Below are positions 53,469 through 64,000 of a stretch of DNA of 64,000 nucleotides, one piece after another (position 1 is the stretch's first letter; each line of letters opens with the position of its first letter). Origin of the DNA: Octopus sinensis. Its lineage: Eukaryota. The stretch is from NCBI RefSeq assembly GCF_006345805.1, contig NC_043000.1, positions 73,036,001 to 73,100,000 of the forward strand, given 5' to 3'. The notes under the pieces are model-generated. The model worked only from the letters and a program-made list of their open reading frames with translations. It did not search any database and was not told where the DNA came from. The position numbers and the translations under genes are program-made.

Positions 53469-54561
53469 ATAACTATTTAAATCCTCAAAATCCTAAACTT
53501 CTAAATAGAGAAAACAAAAACAGTACACATCAAGAGATTTACTATAGTAGAAATTCAAGCACAGCTGAGGGTACTGGTAATAATAGAATTAATGATGATA
53601 ATAATCACAACAGGAATATACAGAAAACAAAATACATTAATTATACCAATACTGATAATAAATCAAACAATTCTATAAGAAACATTACTAATAGAGATAA
53701 GCCTATATTACTTGATGATAGTAGTGATGAATCTGCAATTGATGAGACCTATATGAATAAAATTTATAGCTATAATGTTCAGAGCATAAGTAAAGATGAG
53801 TAAAGATATGAGTAAAGATAAAAATAACAATAATTATAATCACATTAATTTCATTAAGATGTGCAAATTTAGACACCACAAACATAAAGTCCAGCAGAGA
53901 TTATGTAATGATGATGTAATGTGGATTAACCCTCAAAAGGACTGCATCTTAATTTTAAAATTTTCTAAAAACTGTTGTTTCCATAGAGAAAAAATTCCCT
54001 CCATCTAGTAAGTGTTTCTAAATATTCAATAAACATAAGATAAGAATTTCTTTTTCTATTTTACCAAATTTCAAAACCATTATAACAGGCGTAAATAAAT
54101 GTTATATCACAATGTACTGTAACAATAGAAGTGGTATAATTAATAATAATAACAGTAGTAATAATAATAACGGCACAAATAAATAATAACATTATTATTA
54201 ATATAAACAATAATAGCAACAGCAATAATAATAGTAGAATTTGTAGTAATGAAATTAACAGCTGCAATGATTATAATCTCTGCAATTGTAACACTACAAC
54301 AGTACCTAAAACCATTAATCAGCCTGTCAATTGTTAGCTTACTTCCTTAACTTCTATTGTCACACACAGTTCTAATAGGGCACATGGAAACTATAGAATC
54401 GGAGGTAAGAGAAAAGTGTCTAACCTTGGCACTGTCGATTGCACAGCTATAATACATAATCACACTGATTTTGATGTAGACTACACAACTATTTATGACT
54501 GCACCAAAAGTTCTAATTCCTATGGCCTTAATGATAATACTGTTAATGAAATATTGAATAA

Positions 54562-55646
54562 CTAGCAGTATAACCTGGTGTTTCGGCCCTTTAGAATTGG
54601 AATTTTTGAAAAGTCAATAATTTTTGAAAAGTCAAAAATTTTGCATTATGCAAGTGAACATTTTTCCAGTTGAAATACACCGAAAAATGGTGACACAGCA
54701 GTCAAAAATCGTAAAAAATAGGGATTTTCATAGAAAAAAAGCACCTTTTTGAAGTAAATAATTTTTGGTGTTAACATGGTCCGATTTGAATTTTATCTTC
54801 TACAGAATGAAGAGCAAGCTTTCTTCTATCATACTCTCAATTTTGATCAACTTGCGCTGCAGGGTCTCGAAGGAGATAGTGTTAGTTGAAGGCTACCAAA
54901 CCTGCCACACACAGACAACTTCAGCTTTATATATATAGATTTGCTACACACTACTTTCCATCCTTAATAATGAAACTTGGTAGATCCAAAAGTTAAACAC
55001 AGATACACACACAGAGACACAAGTTGAGTTTTATATATATAGATTTCTCAACGGGGATTTCAGGGGAGAGTTTCAAGGAGTTGCTGGCGATGTATCATGA
55101 TGATCAAAAATCCAGCCTGCTAAAATTTGGTTAAAGTGATTCAAACTGCAGACTCAACACAAAATGGTCACATTTAATTCAAAGCGTTAAAAATGTTATG
55201 AAAACAATTGGTATGTGTTCACAAAGTCCAAACAATTAATATGAAAAAACCCTCCAGGCTACATCCCGAAAATTCATTTCTTTGCCGAATTTCTACAATG
55301 TTTACGGCGATTCGTTTTTATATCTTGATTTCTTATTTTTCATGCAATTTACGCATGCTTGCACGTGTGGTGAACACAGTTCATGTCAAACAGCTGACTG
55401 AGTAAAGTTCACTATTCAATGCATGGGATAAGGCCTAAAAAAACACATTATCGATTTTTGCACTTGCGAGATGAATTTCGGAACAGAAATAACACAGTTC
55501 AATTTTCATTCGCCTAAACTTTAAGTGGCCCATTTTTGGTGGTTCTACGATTTGTTGGCTAGGAGGAGATGTGCCGGGAAGTTAAACACACAGACACACA
55601 CACAGATACACACACAGACACACAAGTTGAGTTTTATATATATAGA
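54562..55646 (-). mobile_element. Non-autonomous Helitron-like composite with three 5' ends
   Basis: 3' CTAG with degenerate hairpin at 54562-54590; 5' TCTATATATATAAA termini at 54939, 55043 and 55646. Confidence 0.65.
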
Positions 55647-56644
55647 TTTACAAAACTCTTGTTAGTTTTGGTTATAGTCAACACTCTCTACCATGCTTAA
55701 GTGACACTAATAGTATTGGCAGTCAGTCATTCCTTAAATTATGTAACTTCACAAACAAATTTCTATCTCCTCTTAAAAACATAGGCTTAACCATATAAAT
55801 GTGACAATAATTGACATGAATGCTTTTAATTATATAGGTCCTACCTCATGTAACTTCAAGTCGAGACTTTACAACCATTCTTTTTCCTTTAGAAATCAGG
55901 ATAAAGCTAGTGTTATGTCACTTGCAGAAAAAATGTGGGAATTAAAAGATAAAGAAATTCAGTTCCACATTACCTGGAGCGTTGTAAAAAAAAAAAAGCA
56001 TTGCCATACCCAAACAACAGGCATGGGTGCACTCTTTGCTGCACCAAATTGTAAGAAATCCATAAATATCCCAGCAATGTTCCCAGTAAATTGAAAGAGC
56101 TAAAATTAAGATGCTTGCATAATATTGTACATTCTTTTATTTTAAACCTGTTACATAATCTGCCTCTAGCAGCACCCCTAACCTTGCATATATCCCCTGA
56201 CATAGTTGTGTATATGATTTAAGGCTGTAAGTGTTAATTAAGAAATTTGTTACCCTATGTATGTCTCTTAATTAGGCATTCTTTGTATCTTCATCTCATA
56301 AATGGTATGCTATTTGGTAATCCAAGATATGACTCCCATGGTATCAGTTCATTTTTTATCTATTTATTGTTTGTTATATCTTCTTTATTCTATTGTCGCA
56401 GTTGCTACATTTGGTTTTATATTTTATATCTAAATATAATATAAAGCCATAATGAGTAGGCTATACAAGTATTATTGACTATATGTACATAGGTGTGTAC
56501 ATGTGTATATATGTCCTTTTGTGAAAATAGATGTGTGTGTGTATACACATATACTTGTGTATGTATGTATAAATATGTGTGTGTATGTGTGTCTATATGC
56601 GCATGCACATATGTGTATGTAGGTGAATGTGTATATGTATGCAT

Positions 56645-58711
56645 AGGTAAGTAAAAAAAAGAAGTTTACCTATGTTCAGCAATGTGAGGACCAAAGACTT
56701 GAAGTGTGAAAGAGAAAATTGTGATGTTATAGGAGAGAAATGTGTCTGCATGGATGATGGTGCACTTGCATTTAATGATTCTGCAAAGAAAGAGGTTTGG
56801 AAATGCCATTATGAAAGACTGCTGAATATAGAGAATGAATGGGAGGAGGAGAGTCTGCTGAATATTGACCTAATTGAGGGACCAGCTATCTGAATCAACA
56901 GTACTATGGTTGATAAAGCAATTAAGGATACGAAGACAGGGAAAGCTCCTGGCCCATCAGGAATCACAGCTGGCACGCTTAAAATATCTGGCATTGTGTG
57001 TTATGGTCTAATCACCCATTTGTAAATCAGGTGGTACATGAAGGAGTCATACCCAATGACTGGTGTTGCAGCACCACAGTCAACTGCTATAAAGATAAAG
57101 GTAATGCCTTAGATAGAAATAATTACAGAGGTATCGAATTGTTGGATCAGGTGATGAAAGTTATGGAGAGGGTCACAGCCCAACTAAGTAGGGAGAGAGT
57201 TAGACTATATGAGATGCTGTTTGGTTTTGTGTCAAGGAGAAGCACCACAGATGCTACATTTTTGGTAAGGCAGCTACAGGAGAAATACAAAGCAAAAAGT
57301 AAACCTCTGTACTTAGCTTTTGTTAACTTGGAGAAAGCTTCTGACAGGGTCCCTCAATCCCTTATCTAATGATTAATGTGGAAACTAAGGATAGACAAGA
57401 GGTTGATGAGAGCTGTATAAGCTAGGTACAGGGACAATGTCAGTAAGGTGGTGATTGGCAACGAGTACAATGAAGAATTCGGGGTACAAGTAGGGGTACA
57501 CCAAGGATCAGTTTTGAGCCCCCTCTTGTTAATCATAGTTCTCCAAGCAATAACAGAAGAATTTAAGACAGGTTGCTTCTGGGAGCTCCTCTATGCTGAT
57601 GACCTTGTTCTTATAGCTGAATCACCACCAGAACTAGAGGAGCAGTTTCAGGTGAGGAAGCAAGGTCTAGAATTGAAGGGCTTTAGAGTTAGCGTAGCAA
57701 AAACCAAAGTCTTAGTAAGTAGGAAGGTGCAGACAAATCACAAATCCCTTCAGGTAGATGGTCCTGCTCATTCTGTAAAAAAGGTGTAGGTAGACATTCC
57801 ATAAGATGTGCAGCAATATCAGAGGAAGGTTAATAGGGAAAGTAGCTTTTGTGTGAGGAAGATGCACAGGTACAATAAACACCCAAAATGTACAGAAAAT
57901 AGACTACATCAACTGCCAGTGGGGTAAGCTAGAGGTGGTAGGTAGATTCCATTATCTAGGTGACCAAGTTAGTAGCAGAGGTAGATGCTCTGAGAGCATA
58001 GCTGTGAGAATAAGATTAGGCTGAGCCAAGTTCAGAGAACTCCTACATCTACTGGTAACAAAGTGTTTCTCCCTCAGAGTGAAAGGCAGATTGTATGATG
58101 CCTGTGTGTGAACAGTTATGCTACATGGCAGTGAAACATGGGCTGTGACAGCCAAGGACATGCATAGGTTTGGAAGAAATGAAGCCAGTATGCTTCGCTG
58201 GAAGTACAAGGTCAGTGTGCATGTACAACAGAGTGTAACCATCTTGCGAGAAAAGTTAAGCATAAGAGGCATCAGATATGGTGTTCGAGAGAAACAACTG
58301 TGCTGGTATGGTCATGTGATGTGTATGGACGAGGACAGCTGTGTAAAGAAGTGTGGATCTCTATGGAGGTAACCTGTGGTAGAGGTAGATCCAGGAAGAC
58401 ATGGGACAATGTGGTGAAGCATGATCTTTGAACTTTGGGCCTCACAGAGGCAATGACTAGTGACCAAGACCAGTGGCATGTAAAAAGAACCTAAGTGTTG
58501 GGCCTCTCAGAGGCAATGATGAATGACCGAGACCTTTGGCATCATGCTGCGCTTGAGAAGACCCATCAAGCCAAGTAAATGCTTATACCATGCTTATATT
58601 TTTAAATGTGTGTCTACATATATAGATGTGTATGTATGAATGCATGTATATACATGGCCAGACTCTGGTGTGTGTACATATATATATATATAACGATGAT
58701 GATGATGATGA

Positions 58712-58715
<4 letters not shown>
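56645..58715 (+). mobile_element. Older 5'-truncated RTE LINE
   Basis: Fragmented RT (NYRGIELL, GVHQGSVLSP, YADD, WYGHV); (GAT)n at 58695-58715. Confidence 0.9.
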
Positions 58716-58757
<42 letters not shown>

Positions 58758-58981
58758 TAGTAGTATAGCCCGGCTTTGCTTGGGATTAAGTTAGGAGTAT
58801 TAAGCTAATCAAGCTCTTTATTTCAAACCAAACTAAATGACATCGACATCAAATTTGAGAGAAATCCGCTGAAATTGGTAAATGTTTGGCTGAAAATGAG
58901 TTGCAGACAATTTGATTGGGAAATCTCATAAGGAATTGGTTTATCAAGTTTTTCCACTCATCAATTCTCTCTTTTCTCTCT

Positions 58982-59382
58982 CTTTTACTTGTTTCAGTCA
59001 TTGGAGTGCGGCCATGCTGGAGCACCGCCTTTAGTCAAGCAAATCAACCCCAGGACTTATTCTTTGGGAGCCTAGTACTTATTCTATCAGTCTCTTTTGC
59101 TGAACCGTTAAGTTACGGGGACATAAACACACCAGTATCAGTTGTCAAGCAATGTTGAGGGAGACAAACACAAACACACAAACATATACACACACATACA
59201 TATATATATATATACGTATATACGACAGGCTTCTTTCAGTTTCCATCTACCAAATCCACTCACAAGGCTTTGGTTGGCCCAAGGCTATAGTAGAAGACAC
59301 TTGCCCAAGGTGCCATGCAGTGGGAATGAACCTGGAACCATGTGGTTGGTAAGCAAACTACTACCACACAGCCACTCCTGCA
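58982..59382 (-). mobile_element. Full-length tRNA-derived SINE with CR1-like tail
   Basis: Head GCAGGAGTGGCTGTGTGGTAG..GGTTCATTCCC, internal microsatellite, tail GGCGGTGCTCCAGCATGGCCGC..GACTGAAACAAGTAAAAGA. Confidence 0.9.
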
Positions 59383-60171
59383 TCTGATTGTTTTTTTGGG
59401 CTTTTCTTCCATTCTTGGAGAACTTAAAGCATTCAAAGATTCCATGAGTCCTAAGTAATGCTGGCATCGAGTCTGAACAAAATACATCAAAATTGGTAAA
59501 AGTAATGGTTGAAAATGGAGTGTAGTTAATTTTAGTGGGAAATCCTATAAGGAAGTGGTTTATCAATTTTTTTAATAAAGGAATCAGTTTATTGATTTTT
59601 CACCCTAAATAGGACTTAACCGAACACAACATTGTTGATTTAAAAACATCTATATTTATACTTTAAAGTTGGTTTTCATACCCAACCCAGTTCTGCAGAA
59701 TCAGTGTCGCGATGGGAGCGCATGGGTTGGGAGTTTGATTGGCAGAGGTGATCAGGTTGCATATGCTAACCCTTTTGAAAACACCAACCCATCATGTAAC
59801 CCCCCCCCCCCTTTGCCCATCGGTTGGGAACCCTTCCAGCAAGGAAAATTGAACGCCCAAAAGGGTCTCCAATCCTCTGTGCCAGAAGTGGTTATGTTCA
59901 GATCACAGCTAAATATATATATATATATTATATATATATATACACACTAGTAGTATAGCCCGGCTTTGCTTGGGATTAAGTTAGGAGTATTAAGCTAATC
60001 AAGCTCTTTATTTCAAACCAAACTAAATGACATCGACATCAAATTTGAGAGAAATCCGCTGAAATTGGTAAATGTTTGGCTGAAAATGAGTTGCAGACAA
60101 TTTGATTGGGAAATCTCATAAGGAATTGGTTTATCAAGTTTTTCCACTCATCAATTCTCTCTTTTCTCTCT

Positions 60172-60571
60172 CTTTTACTTGTTTCAGTCATTGGAGTGCG
60201 GCCATGCTGGAGCACCGCCTTTAGTCAAGCAAATCAACCCCAGGACTTATTCTTTGGGAGCCTAGTACTTATTCTATCAGTCTCTTTTGCTGAACCGTTA
60301 AGTTACGGGGACATAAACACACCAGTATCAGTTGTCAAGCAATGTTGAGGGAGACAAACACAAACACACAAACATATACACACACATACATATATATATA
60401 TACGTATATACGACAGGCTTCTTTCAGTTTCCATCTACCAAATCCACTCACAAGGCTTTGGTTGGCCCAAGGCTATAGTAGAAGACACTTGCCCAAGGTG
60501 CCATGCAGTGGGAATGAACCTGGAACCATGTGGTTGGTAAGCAAACTACTTACCACACAGCCACTCCTGCA
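60172..60571 (-). mobile_element. Duplicate of the same SINE
   Basis: Within the tandem duplication. Confidence 0.9.
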
Positions 60572-61102
60572 TCTGATTGTTTTTTTGGGCTTTTCTTCCA
60601 TTCTTGGAGAACTTAAAGCATTCAAAGATTCCATGAGTCCTAAGTAATGCTGGCATCGAGTCTGAACAAAATACATCAAAATTGGTAAAAGTAATGGTTG
60701 AAAATGGAGTGTAGTTAATTTTAGTGGGAAATCCTATAAGGAAGTGGTTTATCAATTTTTTTAATAAAGGAATCAGTTTATTGATTTTTCACCCTAAATA
60801 GGACTTAACCGAACACAACATTGTTGATTTAAAAACATCTATATTTATACTTTAAAGTTGGTTTTCATACCCAACCCAGTTCTGCAGAATCAGTGTCGCG
60901 ATGGGAGCGCATGGGTTGGGAGTTTGATTGGCAGAGGTGATCAGGTTGCATATGCTAACCCTTTTGAAAACACCAACCCATCATGTAACCCCCCCACCCC
61001 CTTTGCCCATCGGTTGGGAACCCTTCCAGCAAGGAAAATTGAACGCCCAAAAGGGTCTCCAATCCTCTGTGCCAGAAGTGGTTATGTTCAGATCACAGCT
61101 AA

Positions 61103-61138
<36 letters not shown>

Positions 61139-62050
61139 GGGCAACACACACATATATACATACATACACCTATTGCATACATGTTTTTTGTATGCCCTTG
61201 CCCCTGCCCCTATCCCACCACCATATGTAAATTAACACAATATATCTGATTAATAATATCTGTTATGATTGTACAGTGGTGGTGGGCGATAATAATTCAC
61301 TGTTCTAAAAGACCTGTGGCGGGAATATTTAAACTTTTGCGGCTGTCAACGCTTTCTCACTATAGATACAGACATACGTACAGTGGGAGAGGTGGTGGGA
61401 GAAAGAGTGACAAAGACACGCTGCAGGTAGAGAGGGAATGAGAGTGGAAGGTGTCAAACGTTGTTATAGAGTAAGTGGAGGGAAGGATGGAAAGAGAGAG
61501 ATCAAAGAAGACAGGGTGATATCCGAAAGAGAGAAACAACAAACACTTGTCAAAGTCTGGGTTTTGTTGCCCTAGTAACCACAGCTTTTGAGATAGGGGT
61601 TTCTAACCTAGTCCAGTCGCTTCCTTGCCTCTTTTTACATGTCCCTGTAAATTTTGGCGCCAATCCGACCCCATTTACCGCTCCTTAAATCGTTCCCATC
61701 CCAAAATGAGACAAACAACTTTTTCGCATTTCAGCTTTATTGATATTGATGTGTGTATGTATTTGTGTGCATATGGATATTAACCATTTAGTCTGGTGGC
61801 TTAACTGTATGACCTACTTGAATATATATTTTTCTTTTATATATATGTTATGACCATACATGATCCCTGGTCAGTTAAGCTATAAACTAATTAAGATAGC
61901 AACTTCAAAAATAGGATAGTTCTGACATAGTTGCCCTCTATGAATCTGACCCACTTTCTCTATAAACTCTATTGCACTTTCTCAAAATGTCACATATTCC
62001 ACCATGGTTGTTGGTGAACTTCTCTTTCTACCTTAACTGTTGATATGTTT

Positions 62051-62138
62051 AAAATTTACCTGATGATGACAGGATTTTGCCACGATGTAACTAGAAATGC
62101 ATGAATAAAATACTACTGAAACAGCTCATGTAAATTTT
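62051..62138 (+). ncRNA. Degenerate hammerhead ribozyme
   Basis: Stem I AAAATTTAC/GTAAATTTT, CTGATGA, GAAACAGCT; cleavage-site side mutated (CAT instead of GTH). Confidence 0.6.
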
Positions 62139-62168
62139 GAACTCCACTTCTGTTCTTATCTTCTATAT

Positions 62169-62590
62169 TTTACTTGTTCCAGTCATTAGACTGCAGCCAT
62201 GCTGGGGCACTGCCTTGAACTTTAGTCAAATGAATCAACCACAGTCATTTTTTAAAAATCCTGGTACTGTTTGTATCAATCTCTTTTGCCGAACTGTGAA
62301 GTTACGGGGAAATAAACATATCAACACCAATAGGCAAGTGGTGGTGGTGGAGGACAAACACAGGCACAAAGACACACACAAACACATATATATATATGGT
62401 GGTCGTCTACTCCTTATGCAGAGTCTGAGCACCTCCTGTACCTACACCTTAGAACCATCATACATACATATGACGGGCTTCTTTCAGTTTCTGTTTACCA
62501 CCTGCCCAAGGTGCCATGCAATGGGACTCAACCTGGAACCATGTGGTTGCGAAGCAACCTTCTTACCACCCACCCCACATTTGTGCCTAT
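62169..62590 (-). mobile_element. Diverged SINE
   Basis: Homologous to 58982-59382. Confidence 0.8.
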
Positions 62591-62624
62591 ACATACATGC
62601 ATACACACACACACACACACACAC

Positions 62625-62659
<35 letters not shown>

Positions 62660-62782
62660 ATCAATATAGGGTGGCAAAAAATTTTTGTAGAATTTTTTTG
62701 CCACCAGCGGCCTAGTGGGAAAAAATTAATAGTCATATACCATTTTTAAGTTCAACATCACAATCAAGGAACAAGGATTGTG

Positions 62783-62814
<32 letters not shown>

Positions 62815-62825
62815 TATATATACAC

Positions 62826-63837
62826 ATCATCATCATCATCATCGTTTAGCGTCCGCTTTCCATGCTAGCATGGGTTGGATGGTTCAACTGGGGTCTGGGA
62901 AGCCAGAAGGCTACACCAGGCCCAGTCTGATCTGGCAATGTTTCTATGGCTGGATGCCCTTCCTAACGCCAACCACTCCATGTGTGTAGTGGGTGTTTTT
63001 TATGTGCCAGACGAGGCTGGCAAACGGCTACGATCGGATGGTGCTTTTTACGTGCCACCGGCATGTGGGCCAGGCGTAGCTGGCAACGGCCATGATCAGA
63101 TGGTGCTTTTTAGGTGCCACCAGTATGAGGCCAGTTGGGGCGGCACTGGCAATGGCCACGTTCGGATGGTTCTCTTACGTACCACCGGCACTGGTATCAC
63201 AGCTGCAATTTCTATTGATGTTGATCGATTTCGATTTTGATTTGTATTTTCATTTTCACTTGCCTCAACAGGTCTTCACAAGTAGAGTTTTGTGTCCCAA
63301 GAAGGGAAGGTATGCATAAGTGGACTGGCTACATCCCATGTAGAAGCCACGGGTTATGGTCTCACTTGTCCTGCCGGGTCTTCTCATGCACAGCATACTT
63401 CCAAAGGTCTCGGTCTCTAGTCATTTCCTCGGTGAGACCTAATGTTCGAAGGTCGTGCTTCACCACCTCGTCCCAGGTTTTCCTGGGTCTGCCTCTTCCA
63501 CAGGTTCCCTCAACCGCTAGGGTGTGGCACTTTTTCACAACTATCTTCATCCATTCTCGCCACATGACCATACCAGCGCAAACGTCTCTCTTGCACACCA
63601 CAACTGATGCTGCTTAGGTCCAACTTTTCTCTCAAGGTACTTACACTCTGTCGAGTGTGAACACTGACATTACACATCCATCGGAGCATATCCTCAGCAG
63701 TCACAGCCCATGTTTCACTGCCATGTAGCATGGCTGTTCGTACACATGCATCATACAGTCTACCTTTTACTCTGAGCAAGAGGCCTTTTGTCACCAGCAG
63801 AAGTAAGAGCTCTCTGAACTTTGCCCAAGCTATTCTT

Positions 63838-63838
<1 letters not shown>
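62826..63838 (-). mobile_element. 5'-truncated RTE LINE 3' end
   Basis: (CAT)n tail on the plus strand, 3' UTR units, C-terminal RIAWAKFREL..RWYGHV..GRPRKTW. Confidence 0.93.
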
Positions 63839-63869
<31 letters not shown>

Positions 63870-63870
63870 T

Positions 63871-63917
<47 letters not shown>

Positions 63918-64000
63918 AATATATACATATATATATATATAATATATACATATATATATATCTAACTATTTTTAACTAATTTCTATATCTATCTAATTAT

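Larger units (their letters stand above)
48600..56400 (+). mobile_element. Old Penelope-like element hosting nested piggyBac, Sola-like and Helitron insertions
   Basis: RT remnant GSSDSTQVADIVGVYLL..LYQDDALL..NFLD (49100-49500), linker VMWINP (~53920), GIY-YIG YIGPTSCNFKSRLYNHSFSF..MWELK (55801-56094). Boundaries approximate. Confidence 0.8.
58745..61130. repeat. Near-identical tandem duplication, period ~1190 bp
   Basis: 58751-59912 matches 59941-61102 apart from about two differences; breakpoints lie in (TA)n tracts. Confidence 0.95.
58757..61749 (-). mobile_element. Non-autonomous Helitron-like element with duplicated 3' part
   Basis: 3' end CCCAAGCAAAGCCGGG..CTAG at 58757 and 59947; 5' TCAATATCAATAAAGCTG at 61749. 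Confidence 0.65.

Noticed and set aside
59310-59382. tRNA gene
   Set aside because: A/B-box-like motifs belong to a SINE head; no complete cloverleaf.

Overview
AT-rich eukaryotic genomic DNA made up almost entirely of nested transposable elements and (TA)n/(CA)n/(GA)n microsatellites, with a 100-N assembly gap at 31812-31911. The repeat content resembles a cephalopod (octopus-like) genome, but that is an inference. No host protein-coding gene, RNA gene or CRISPR array can be supported. Contents: seven RTE-clade LINE copies with (GAT)n tails; CR1-like LINEs; five Penelope-like elements (Naiad-type RT plus GIY-YIG), several with inverted 5' repeats; Tc1/mariner, Sola-like, piggyBac, Helitron and HINE-like DNA elements; tRNA-derived SINEs; and a Gypsy remnant. 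Main observations: (1) the RTE 3' UTR carries an expandable tandem array of ~61-nt units, each with a covariation-supported H-type pseudoknot, followed by a second terminal pseudoknot; (2) type I hammerhead ribozymes with very long stem II hairpins lie in the Penelope repeats; (3) a PHD-type zinc finger is inserted inside the RTE reverse transcriptase; (4) fold-back inverted duplications, templated insertions and very long target-site duplications are frequent. All RNA structures were derived by eye and are untested.
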